Part shown: positions 53,428 through 62,224 of the stretch, piece after piece | Numbering within the stretch: the first letter of the stretch is position 1 | Layout of the letters: each line of letters begins with the position of its first letter | Origin: an uncultured Fusobacteriaceae bacterium | GTDB lineage: Bacteria; Fusobacteriota; Fusobacteriia; Fusobacteriales; Fusobacteriaceae | Assembly (NCBI GenBank): GCA_947038515.1 | Contig: CAMQWJ010000006.1 | Coordinates: 46,765 to 110,764 of the forward strand | DNA length: 64,000 nucleotides | Direction: 5' to 3' | Notes under the pieces: generated by a model | Database searches by the model: none | The model's input: the letters and a program-made list of their open reading frames with translations, nothing else | What the model was told of the DNA's origin: nothing | Made by a program: the position numbers and the translations under genes

Positions 53428-55962
53428 CTATAATTGCTTTAAAACTGTTCTACTTATAATTTCATCCTGAACATCCTTACATAATTCTACAAAATATGCA
53501 CTATATCCTGCAACACGAACTATTAAATCTCTATAATTTTCTGGATTCTTTTGTGCTTCCAACAAAGTTTCGTTATCTAAATAGTTAAATTGTATTTCTC
53601 CTAATTGTAAAGTACAAGCACTACGCAATAATGAAATTATACCATTTTCACCTTCTGGTGTTTCTAAAAGTCCAGCAATTAATTTAAAGTTATGTACCAT
53701 ACCTATATTCATGCTATCACATGCCATTTTAGAAACTGATTTCATAATCGCAGTTGGACCATTTACATCTGCTCCTTGAGTTGGACTAATTCCATCAGAT
53801 AATGGAGTCCATGCTTTTCTTCCATTAGGTGTTGCTCCTAATAATTGACCAAAAGGTGTATTATTAGATATTGATAGAGTTCCATGACTTAGAACAGAAT
53901 AAAGAGTTTTATATTTACGATGCTCCATTTCTGTATAGTTAATTAATTCGGCTGCTATAAAGTCTACATAATCATCATCATTCCCATATTTAGGTACATC
54001 TAGACAGTCTTTTCTTATTTTTTCATAACCTACAAAGTCTTTATTTAAAACCTCTTTCATTTCTCTTAAAGTATATTTTTTTTCTTCAAAAACTAGTTTT
54101 TTTATAGCTGCCATTGAGTCAACATGTGTTGCAAGACCACTCCAAACTACACCTGGTCCAAAATTATACATTGCCCCTCCAGCTTCAACACCTCTTCCTT
54201 TTTCCATACATCCTTCAAACATTAAAGACATCAATGGTTTTGGTGCTACGTCTTTATGAACTCTTTGAGTTATTACTGTTGCAATGCTTGACCATTTCGT
54301 TATATAGTTTATCTGTTCTTTTACTGCATTTTCAAATTCCTCATAAGTTTTAAAGTTATCTATATCGCCACAATCAGGAGTTACTTTTTTCCCATACCAT
54401 GATGGAACTCCATTATTTAAAACTAATTCAATACAGATTGGCCACTGAGTGTACGCTGTTGAAGTCCACTGATATAATCTTCCTGATTTCTGAGGTTCTA
54501 CGCATCCCATCAAACAATAATCTCTTGCATCTTCTATTGAAACTCCTTTTGCCAACATCATTTTTATATGAACATCATCAAAATGACAAGCAGGGAATCC
54601 TACTCCAGCTTTTATAACATCTACTATTTTTTTCAAATATTTTTGAGGTGATGATTTATGAATACGACAAGAGAGTGTTGGTTGATAAATTTTTACATGT
54701 CTTACTGCATCCATTAATAAATATGTCAAATCATTTGTAGCATCTCGCCCTGCTCTTGTTATTCCTCCAACACACATATTAATAAATGGTTGGTATCCTG
54801 CAAAAAATTTTGATCCACCCTCACTTGTTATCCACATCATTTCTGACATTTTTATAAGCATGCAGCCAGCTAATTCAAAGGCTTCAAATTCTGTCATTTT
54901 TTTATTCTCAATATCATTTTTATAAAATGGGTACATATATTGATCCACACGTCCAATAGACATTCCAGTTTGATTTTCTTCTACTAATAATAAAGATTCA
55001 ATAGTCCAAACCGATTGAATAGCTTCCCAAAAATTATTTGGTTTATTAGCAGGAACTCTTGAATTAACTTCTGATATTTTTAGCAATTCTGCTTTTCTTT
55101 TAGTATTTGTCTCTTTTTGAGCTAATTCATAAGCATAATCTGACATACGCTTTGCATATATCATAACTCCCTCAGCTGTATCTATTACTGATTTATAAAA
55201 ATATATTTTATCAATATCTTCTGGATTTTCATATTTAAGAGTTAATAATTTTTCTTCTGCTTCCTTTTTTATATCTAACATTCCTTTTTTCATTAGAATT
55301 ACATCATAACCTGGATTAGAATCTCCACCACCATTTACAGCATGGTATGAGCAATCTGATACAAATGATTCTCCCGAAAGTTCCCACACTCCCGCTTCTC
55401 TAAATTGGTCTTCACAAGCCTCATCTACAGATTTTCCTTTCCAAAATGGAAATAATTCTTCTCTCATAACTTTTTTATCTTCTTCTGAAATATAGAAAGG
55501 ATCTTGCGGTCTTGTAGCAATAGTTTCTATTTCTGTTTCCATCCATCTCCATGCTATATCAGGAGCAAACGAACCAGCTCTAGGGGCCCCGTTAGGTGCT
55601 CCAACAATCAACTCATGATCTTGTATTACTAATGGAGCAGTTTCACAACAATACTTAAATGATTTTCCTCTTAATATTGATTTTGGCAATCCTGGGTTTT
55701 CTTTAGCTATTTTTGTTATAGCTTTTGCTCTATGAATTGTTATACTTGGAGTATGCTTCAAATAACTTTCTTTTAACTTTTTCAAACGACTTGTAATTCC
55801 TTCTGGAATACAATCGCTACTAGCTTCACAACCACTCATAACTTCTTTTTCAGATATTTCTTTTGAAACTTCTTCAAACACCCTAATTATAGCATTTCTT
55901 TCCTCTTCAGACATATCTTTTGTACTATTAACAAATTTATCAATAATTTCTTTAATTTCCAT
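53428..55962 (-). CDS. cutC: Glycyl radical enzyme, choline trimethylamine-lyase (CutC)-like
   Basis: 844 aa. Glycine-radical motif RVAGYSAYF (G819). CutC-diagnostic residues all present at aligned positions: Y206, D214 (VNGGGDS), F385, F391, C485, E487 (MGCVEP), T498, Y502. Confidence 0.75.
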   Translation of the reverse strand: MEIKEIIDKFVNSTKDMSEEERNAIIRVFEEVSKEISEKEVMSGCEASSDCIPEGITSRLKKLKESYLKHTPSITIHRAKAITKIAKENPGLPKSILRGKSFKYCCETAPLVIQDHELIVGAPNGAPRAGSFAPDIAWRWMETEIETIATRPQDPFYISEEDKKVMREELFPFWKGKSVDEACEDQFREAGVWELSGESFVSDCSYHAVNGGGDSNPGYDVILMKKGMLDIKKEAEEKLLTLKYENPEDIDKIYFYKSVIDTAEGVMIYAKRMSDYAYELAQKETNTKRKAELLKISEVNSRVPANKPNNFWEAIQSVWTIESLLLVEENQTGMSIGRVDQYMYPFYKNDIENKKMTEFEAFELAGCMLIKMSEMMWITSEGGSKFFAGYQPFINMCVGGITRAGRDATNDLTYLLMDAVRHVKIYQPTLSCRIHKSSPQKYLKKIVDVIKAGVGFPACHFDDVHIKMMLAKGVSIEDARDYCLMGCVEPQKSGRLYQWTSTAYTQWPICIELVLNNGVPSWYGKKVTPDCGDIDNFKTYEEFENAVKEQINYITKWSSIATVITQRVHKDVAPKPLMSLMFEGCMEKGRGVEAGGAMYNFGPGVVWSGLATHVDSMAAIKKLVFEEKKYTLREMKEVLNKDFVGYEKIRKDCLDVPKYGNDDDYVDFIAAELINYTEMEHRKYKTLYSVLSHGTLSISNNTPFGQLLGATPNGRKAWTPLSDGISPTQGADVNGPTAIMKSVSKMACDSMNIGMVHNFKLIAGLLETPEGENGIISLLRSACTLQLGEIQFNYLDNETLLEAQKNPENYRDLIVRVAGYSAYFVELCKDVQDEIISRTVLKQL

Positions 55963-56001
55963 TTTATCCTCCTAGTATTTAAATAATATAATCATTAACA
56001 T

Positions 56002-57501
56002 CTAATTTTTTTCAGATATTTCTTTTAATATTTTTTTTATCAACGCTTCCAAATCAATTGATTCTTCCCCAAATTTATTTTTTACATCACATTCCAAATT
56101 ATTTTCTGAAGAATATTTTTTTAAGAATTCGTCTACATCTCTTACTTCGTATCCAACTTTTCTTATATATATCAAATTCATTGGAGATATATTGTCCGAT
56201 GTAATTCCATTTCCAACTAAACCGCTACCTAAAGTCATGGCTGGAAAAAGATTTGTTGTCCCACCTATACTACCAAAAGCTCCTGGTGTATTTACCAAAA
56301 TTCTTCCAACTGGTTTTTTCATTATAAATTGATTAATAACATCTTCATCTTTCGAATGAATAATAAGTGTATGTCCTTGCTTACCACTTAATAATAGCTC
56401 TATACACTTTTCACAAGCATTTTGCCAATCAGGTTCTACATAAAATGATATTACAGGACACAATTTTTCTTTAGAATATAGACTCTCTTTTGAAATATAT
56501 TTCGGAGTAACAATTAATAATTTTATATCTTTATCAATTTTAAAATTAGCTTTTTGGGATAACCACTGTGGTGATTTTCCCATACATTCTTTTTCAATTT
56601 CTCCATGTTTATCAAATAAAATCTTCATCAAATTTTCTGTTTCTGATTCTTTCATAAAATAGGCACCATTTATTTCTAACTCACATTTAACTTCTTTTTC
56701 AATACACCCATCTACAACTATAGAATGTTCTGCTCCTGGCATAACTCCATAATCAAAACTTTTACTAATAACAACATCTCTCACTGCCTTCTGTATATTT
56801 GCTGTCTTTTCAATAAAAACAGGGGCATTTCCGATCGTTCCATAAATTACCTGTTTTCCTGATTTTTGCATTTCCTCCAATAATTCCTTAACACCTGTAT
56901 TTAATATTAAACTCGTATCTCTATGATGAATTAATTCCTTAGAGCCATTAAAAGAAAGATTTTCTAAATATGATAATGCTCCCTCTGGTAATCCTGCTTC
57001 TTCTCCTGCTTTTATCAAAATATCCAAAGTTTTTTTCATTATATTTTTTGCTTTAAGATGTCTTGAAAAAACAATTGTATTTCCTGATTTTATTGCTAGT
57101 ATTGCTTTAGATACAATAGTTGATACAGGGCTAATCGTTGAACAAAAAGCAACTATTACTCCTAGAGGGACTCCTACACTTAAAACTTTATTAATTTTAT
57201 CATTTTCTATTAATCCAACACACTTCATATCTTTAAGTTTATTTCTTAAAGAATCATTAATATATTTATCTTTAATTAATTTGTCTTTCCAATTACCTTG
57301 TCTTGTTTCCTCATATGACTCTCTTGATAAACTCTCTAAATTTTTATCTATTTCATCTAACATCTTTTCAACTATTTCATCTATTTTTTCTTGTGATAGT
57401 ACAACTGTTTTCTTCTGAGCTTCCCTTGCATTTTCAACAAGAATTCTAGCCTCTTGTATAGAAAGTAAATCATTATCTATTATATTCATATCGCTCCTCA
57501 A
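56002..57501 (-). CDS. Aldehyde dehydrogenase-fold paralogue A, predicted inactive (catalytic Cys replaced by Pro)
   Basis: FDYGVMPGAEHS at the catalytic-Cys position. STNP replaced by STISP and HP by HL. C-terminal helix IDLEALIKKILKEI. Confidence 0.65.
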   Translation of the reverse strand: MRSDMNIIDNDLLSIQEARILVENAREAQKKTVVLSQEKIDEIVEKMLDEIDKNLESLSRESYEETRQGNWKDKLIKDKYINDSLRNKLKDMKCVGLIENDKINKVLSVGVPLGVIVAFCSTISPVSTIVSKAILAIKSGNTIVFSRHLKAKNIMKKTLDILIKAGEEAGLPEGALSYLENLSFNGSKELIHHRDTSLILNTGVKELLEEMQKSGKQVIYGTIGNAPVFIEKTANIQKAVRDVVISKSFDYGVMPGAEHSIVVDGCIEKEVKCELEINGAYFMKESETENLMKILFDKHGEIEKECMGKSPQWLSQKANFKIDKDIKLLIVTPKYISKESLYSKEKLCPVISFYVEPDWQNACEKCIELLLSGKQGHTLIIHSKDEDVINQFIMKKPVGRILVNTPGAFGSIGGTTNLFPAMTLGSGLVGNGITSDNISPMNLIYIRKVGYEVRDVDEFLKKYSSENNLECDVKNKFGEESIDLEALIKKILKEISEKN

Positions 57502-57504
57502 TAT

Positions 57505-57804
57505 CTATATGATTTCTAAAGCATATTTTTTTATAATTTTCCACAAATCATCATGAGGTCTTGCTATTACGATATCACTATATAAATTTCCACCTTCCAT
57601 TGATTTTACTGCCTTGACTCCTGCTTCTACAGCAGCACTACAAGCTCCAACATCACCTGTTACTATCACACTTATATAACCCGACGCTACATTTGTATAT
57701 CCTACTATTTCAACATTTGCTGCTTTACACATGGCATCTGCTGCTTCCAGTGCAAAAACTAAACCGAAAGTCTCTATTAAACCAATTGCTTTATAATTCA
57801 TCAC
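57505..57804 (-). CDS. BMC-H shell protein
   Basis: AIGLIETFGLVFALEAADAMCKAANV. 99 aa. Confidence 0.85.
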   Translation of the reverse strand: MMNYKAIGLIETFGLVFALEAADAMCKAANVEIVGYTNVASGYISVIVTGDVGACSAAVEAGVKAVKSMEGGNLYSDIVIARPHDDLWKIIKKYALEII

Positions 57805-57824
57805 TTTATCTTCAACTCCTTATT

Positions 57825-58118
57825 TTAATCAATATCATGAACAGATACAATTTTCCCCACTTGCTTTATCGGTCGTGGCATTACATTTTTAGCTGTTAAA
57901 GTTCCTACTTCCCTAGCTGCTTCTGCTCCTGCTTCTACAGCTGAAGAAACTGCTCCTACATCCCCTTTTACTATTATAGTAACAAGAGTAGAACCTATAT
58001 TTTCATAAGAAATTAATTCTACATCTGCTGCTTTTAACATCTTATCTGCTGCATAAAGTGCTGGAGCTAACCCCAATGTTTCTATCAATCCTAAAGCTTC
58101 TTCTTCACAATACTTCAT
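57825..58118 (-). CDS. BMC-H shell protein
   Basis: ALGLIETLGLAPALYAADKMLKAADV. Start at MKYCEEE with GGGGGG RBS. Confidence 0.8.
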   Translation of the reverse strand: MKYCEEEALGLIETLGLAPALYAADKMLKAADVELISYENIGSTLVTIIVKGDVGAVSSAVEAGAEAAREVGTLTAKNVMPRPIKQVGKIVSVHDID

Positions 58119-58157
58119 TTTAAGTCCCCCCATATATTTTTATTTAATTATTATTTT

Positions 58158-58424
58158 TTAATCTTTTATAAAACTATTTATTGTCTTTTTACTCTCTTCA
58201 TTCGCTCTATAAAATATTAATAATTCTCCATTTTTATCTAATTCAAAACTTTTTTCCTCAATTAACCCATTAGCTTCTGCAGTCATTAAAGCATGACTTA
58301 TAGAATTTTTATTAAATGCTCTATGTGTAGAATACTCCTTCTTTAAATCATTCATCACTTCTTCTACTGTACCTTCTTCTACTCTTGTAAAATATTTTAA
58401 AATTGCATAATTAAGGGGTTTCAT
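58158..58424 (-). CDS. Hypothetical 88-aa protein (possible winged-helix-like), coupled to the permease gene
   Basis: Start 1 nt after permease stop. No confident domain. Confidence 0.35.
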   Translation of the reverse strand: MKPLNYAILKYFTRVEEGTVEEVMNDLKKEYSTHRAFNKNSISHALMTAEANGLIEEKSFELDKNGELLIFYRANEESKKTINSFIKD

Positions 58425-58425
58425 T

Positions 58426-59532
58426 TTACAGTACCTCCTGTTTTTTTTTTCTAAATAAGTCAAGTGGATTCATAGCAATTATCAATATTCCTATCATCAT
58501 AATTACAGCTCCAATCCATGCTACTAACGGTAAATTCCAACCTTCTATACCATTCATAACTCCTAATATTAAATAACAGAACAAAGGACCAAAAAATGAG
58601 TACGTTCCATTACATGCTGTCCCTAACCCTGCTCCACACATACTATTTCCTGCATACCATGTCATAAATGTTAAAAATGTTGCTAATCCGCTCAAGACAA
58701 ACCAAAACATTGCTGATGGACTTGTAAAAGCTAATACTGCCAAGTCAATAGGAATATTTATATCTCCAGCCATAATTCCTAACAATGGTAAAACTATAAA
58801 TAAATTACCTATTCCAGATGATAGTTGACGAATACAAATACCAATCTGTGGATCAACCATTGCAGAAGCATATCCTGCAACACATCCTTCAAATCCCCAT
58901 CCTATTGCCGCTATTACAGCTATTCCAAATCCTATAAAGACTACTTTAGAAAATTCCCCTTCCATACCTGTACTTCCTATTAAAAAACTTGCTAAAACGC
59001 AAATAACTATTCCTAACCCCATACGTTTACTGATTTCTTGCTTATAAAATATTTTTCCTAAAATTGCTGCTATCGCAGGACAAAGTGCCGAAATTGGCAC
59101 CACTATAGAACCTGCCATTTTTAGAGCAACTACATAAGCTGTTCCAGCTATAGGTCCTCCTACAAAGGCTGCCAACATAATTGTTCTTCCCGGTTTTGTA
59201 TTTAAACACCTTAGAAAATCTTTAAATTTTCCTTGAATAACTGAGTTCCCTATAGCCCAAAATGCACTACAAGTATCATTAATCGCATTTCCTAAAGAAG
59301 CTAATAGATACACTATTACAAATGCTGAAAGTCCACTTTTATTTACTCCATACCAATCTTCCCAAACTCCTCTCTTCATTCCCATCATTAAAAGTGCTGT
59401 ATAAAGTCCATATGAAGCTCCTGAAAATAGACCTATCATTATTCCTTTTTTGAAAAAATTCTGTTTCATCTCTCTCATTAAACTAATGGCGTCTTTTCCT
59501 TTGGTTGTAGTTTCTGATGCGATTCTTGACAT
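58426..59532 (-). CDS. Polytopic permease, first gene of the BMC locus (possibly EutH-family facilitator; substrate unknown, choline or ethanolamine candidate)
   Basis: About 10 TM helices, 368 aa. Size and position resemble EutH, but sequence-level assignment is not certain. Confidence 0.4.
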   Translation of the reverse strand: MSRIASETTTKGKDAISLMREMKQNFFKKGIMIGLFSGASYGLYTALLMMGMKRGVWEDWYGVNKSGLSAFVIVYLLASLGNAINDTCSAFWAIGNSVIQGKFKDFLRCLNTKPGRTIMLAAFVGGPIAGTAYVVALKMAGSIVVPISALCPAIAAILGKIFYKQEISKRMGLGIVICVLASFLIGSTGMEGEFSKVVFIGFGIAVIAAIGWGFEGCVAGYASAMVDPQIGICIRQLSSGIGNLFIVLPLLGIMAGDINIPIDLAVLAFTSPSAMFWFVLSGLATFLTFMTWYAGNSMCGAGLGTACNGTYSFFGPLFCYLILGVMNGIEGWNLPLVAWIGAVIMMIGILIIAMNPLDLFRKKKQEVL

Positions 59533-59638
59533 TTTTCCCCCTTTTATATTCTTATTAAACTAATTTATTATAAACCTTTCCCTATACGTTAGAGTCAAGG
59601 TTTTTATTATTTAGAATAATGAAATAATATGAATAATA

Positions 59639-59708
59639 AAATAACGAATAAATATATTTTATTGCTTAGTCTCTCAACCAGCAATTAAAAATATATTTAT
59701 TCGTTATT
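59639..59708. promoter_or_regulatory. Large inverted repeat in the BMC-locus promoter/5'UTR region (18-bp arms aataacgaataaatatat / atatatttattcgttatt, 33-bp spacer with nested attgct/agcaat)
   Basis: Read directly. Lies 110-180 nt upstream of the first gene. Confidence 0.3.
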
Positions 59709-59801
59709 TTTTCTACCTTATTTTATCTTTTTTATTAATAAGAAATAAATCAAGTTGTATTCTAAATATTATATCCAAATTTTAATTGATAAATAAACAA
59801 T

Positions 59802-59837
59802 AAAAAAAGGTAGTTACCTACCTTTTGATTTTTTTTG
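59802..59837. terminator. Bidirectional terminator after tRNA-Ser
   Basis: aaaggtag-ttac-ctaccttt with flanking A-run and T-run. Confidence 0.55.
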
Positions 59838-59929
59838 TGGCGGTGAAAGAGAGATTTGAACTCTCGATACCGGATTAACGGTATACTCCCTTAGCAGGGG
59901 AGCGCATTCGGCCGCTCTGCCATTTCACC
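59838..59929 (-). tRNA. tRNA-Ser (anticodon GCU), type II, CCA encoded
   Basis: Manual fold: acceptor GGTGAAA/TTTCACC, anticodon loop CTGCTAA, long variable arm. 92 nt. Confidence 0.8.
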
Positions 59930-59938
59930 ACATCTTCC

Positions 59939-60022
59939 TGGCGGAGAGCCAGAGACTCGAACTCTGAAGTCATACGACGTCGGTTTTCAAGACCGATTCC
60001 TTACCAATTAGGATAACCCTCC
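59939..60022 (-). tRNA. tRNA-Ser (anticodon UGA), CCA encoded
   Basis: Manual fold: anticodon stem TCGGT/ACCGA, loop CTTGAAA. 84 nt with extended variable region. Confidence 0.65.
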
Positions 60023-60072
60023 ACACAAGAAATATAATAACATATAACTAAAATTCTGTCAAATATTTTATT

Positions 60073-60273
60073 TTATTTAGTTTCTGAAATAAGCTTATTA
60101 ATTTCGGCAATTATTGCATCTGCATCTAATCCATGTGCATCAATTCCCTCTCCTAAACTTTCACCTGCAGCTACCATACATCCTACGCATCCTAGTCCGT
60201 GATTTCTAAATACATTCCCTATTATTGGATACTTCTCTACTGCCTCTAATATATTCGTTTCTCTTGTTACCAT
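60073..60273 (-). CDS. Small redox-disulfide protein (DUF1858-like, GCVGC motif)
   Basis: 66 aa, with paired cysteines in HGLGCVGCMVA. Confidence 0.5.
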   Translation of the reverse strand: MVTRETNILEAVEKYPIIGNVFRNHGLGCVGCMVAAGESLGEGIDAHGLDADAIIAEINKLISETK

Positions 60274-60395
60274 TTGTATTGCCTCCTTCTTTTATTGGAT
60301 AATAAATTCAATTTTTCTTTTAAAGTAAAACTCTTACAGTAAGCTAAGTATACAATAGTTTACTCAGTTTGTCAACTTTTAATCTTATCTTTTTT

Positions 60396-61358
60396 CTATC
60401 TTCCTACCGCTGTTAACAAATCATGTATTCTAACTATACCACATAATTGCTCTTCATTAAATACAGGGAGTACCGATATCTGACTCTCTCTTTCTTCCAT
60501 GACTTCTAACGCTTCTATAGCCATTTTATCATAAGATATACTAATAAAATCTGTCGTCATAATATTTTTTGCTTTCAAAGAAAAAAATTCTTCTTTTCTC
60601 TTCAAAGCTCTTCTCACATCCCCTTCTGTTATTATGCCTACCATTTCCCCTTTTTCCATTACACAAACAGTACCAAGGCGTTTTTTATTCATAACAATAA
60701 GAACTTCATCAATAATATCTTCTGACTTACACATTGGAAGAGCCTCTCCACTTTGCATAAGATTTTCTACTTTCATTAATAGTCTTCTTCCTAAGCTTCC
60801 ACCTGGGTGATAAACTGCAAAATTTTCAGGTTTAAAATCTCTTAATTTTATAAGAATACTGGCTAAAGCGTCTCCCATTACTAATGTTGCTGTTGCTGAT
60901 GACATTGGTGATAAATTAAGAGGACATCCTTCACTTGTTACACCTATATCAAGTATATAGTCAGCTGCAATTCCAAGTTTGGAATTTTTATTTCCAGTCA
61001 TGGCAATTATTTTTGCCCCTATCGCCTTTATAGAAGGCAATATAGATAATACCTCATCACTATTTCCACTATTGGAAATGGCTATCACACAATCTTTAGG
61101 ATCTATCATTCCTAAATCTCCATGTAATCCTTCAGCAGAATGCATAAATATTGCAAGAGTACCTGTAGAAGCTAGAGTTGCTGCTATTTTCTTTCCTATT
61201 ATTCCAGATTTTCCAATTCCTGTTATAACTACCTTTCCTTCCAATTTTAAAAGAAAATTTGCAATTTCTATCATTTCAGTTGAAAGTCTGTTTTTTACTT
61301 CACTCAATCCTTTTATCTCTGTTTCAAAAATTGATTTTGCATGTTTTACAATATCCAT
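60396..61358 (-). CDS. kdsD: Arabinose-5-phosphate isomerase (SIS plus tandem CBS domains)
   Basis: KpsF/GutQ family pattern. 320 aa. Confidence 0.8.
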   Translation of the reverse strand: MDIVKHAKSIFETEIKGLSEVKNRLSTEMIEIANFLLKLEGKVVITGIGKSGIIGKKIAATLASTGTLAIFMHSAEGLHGDLGMIDPKDCVIAISNSGNSDEVLSILPSIKAIGAKIIAMTGNKNSKLGIAADYILDIGVTSEGCPLNLSPMSSATATLVMGDALASILIKLRDFKPENFAVYHPGGSLGRRLLMKVENLMQSGEALPMCKSEDIIDEVLIVMNKKRLGTVCVMEKGEMVGIITEGDVRRALKRKEEFFSLKAKNIMTTDFISISYDKMAIEALEVMEERESQISVLPVFNEEQLCGIVRIHDLLTAVGR

Positions 61359-61359
61359 C

Positions 61360-62199
61360 TTATCTCCCTTTTACTAAATCATCTATTATAATAGCTGTTT
61401 TTAATATTTCTTCAATTTCAGATAATCTAAGCATATTAGGTCCGTCTGATTTTGCAGTTTCAGGATTGGGGTGCACTTCTGCAAATATACCATCAATTCC
61501 AATTGCTAGTCCTGCTCTTATCAAAGGATATACATATTCTCTATCACCTGCAGTTGCATCTCCAAATCCACCAGGACGCTGAACTGAATGTGTCACATCA
61601 AATATGACAGGATAACCAAATTTTCTCATTTCTACTAATCCTCTCATATCAACAACCATATTATTATATCCAAAGGTTGTTCCTCTTTCACATAACAATA
61701 TATTTTTATTACCAGAATCTTCCATTTTCTTTACAACATTTTTCATATCCCAAGGGGCTAAAAATTGTCCTTTCTTTACATTAACTGGAAGACCTGTTTT
61801 TGCAGCGGCAATAAGAAGATCTGTTTGTCTGCATAAAAATGCTGGTATTTGTAATATATCAACGACTTCTGCCACTTTTTCACACTGTGATATTTCATGA
61901 ACATCCGTTATTATTGGTAATCCTAACTCTTCTTTTACTCTTTTCAATATTCTTAACCCTTCTTCCATTCCTGGGCCTCTAAACCCATTTATTGAAGTCC
62001 TATTAGCTTTATCAAAGGAAGCCTTAAATATCAAATTAATATTTAATCTTTTTGAAATCATCTTAAGCTCTGTCGCTATCTCCATAACCATTTCTTCTGA
62101 TTCTATAACACAAGGTCCAGCTATAAGAACAAATCTTTCATTTCCACCAACTTCAAATTTATTAGCTATCTTTATTTTATTTACTTCATTTATTCTCAT
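61360..62199 (-). CDS. kdsA: 3-deoxy-8-phosphooctulonate synthase
   Basis: KdsA pattern (LIAGPCVIES, KASFDKANRTS). Confidence 0.85.
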   Translation of the reverse strand: MRINEVNKIKIANKFEVGGNERFVLIAGPCVIESEEMVMEIATELKMISKRLNINLIFKASFDKANRTSINGFRGPGMEEGLRILKRVKEELGLPIITDVHEISQCEKVAEVVDILQIPAFLCRQTDLLIAAAKTGLPVNVKKGQFLAPWDMKNVVKKMEDSGNKNILLCERGTTFGYNNMVVDMRGLVEMRKFGYPVIFDVTHSVQRPGGFGDATAGDREYVYPLIRAGLAIGIDGIFAEVHPNPETAKSDGPNMLRLSEIEEILKTAIIIDDLVKGR

Positions 62200-62224
62200 T
62201 AATTTCCTCCATTTTTTTATTTTA

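Noticed and set aside
53428-55962. Alternative identities for the glycyl radical enzyme (pyruvate formate-lyase, glycerol or propanediol dehydratase, hydroxyproline dehydratase)
   Set aside because: Length (844 aa), the GCVEP Cys-Glu loop and especially the Y206/D214/F385/F391/T498/Y502 set match the choline-binding constellation of CutC rather than the dehydratase or PFL active sites. Phylogeny is still needed for certainty.
58426-59532. Firm assignment of the permease as EutH
   Set aside because: Size and position fit, but I could not verify family-specific motifs from memory. Left as a generic permease with EutH as a possibility.
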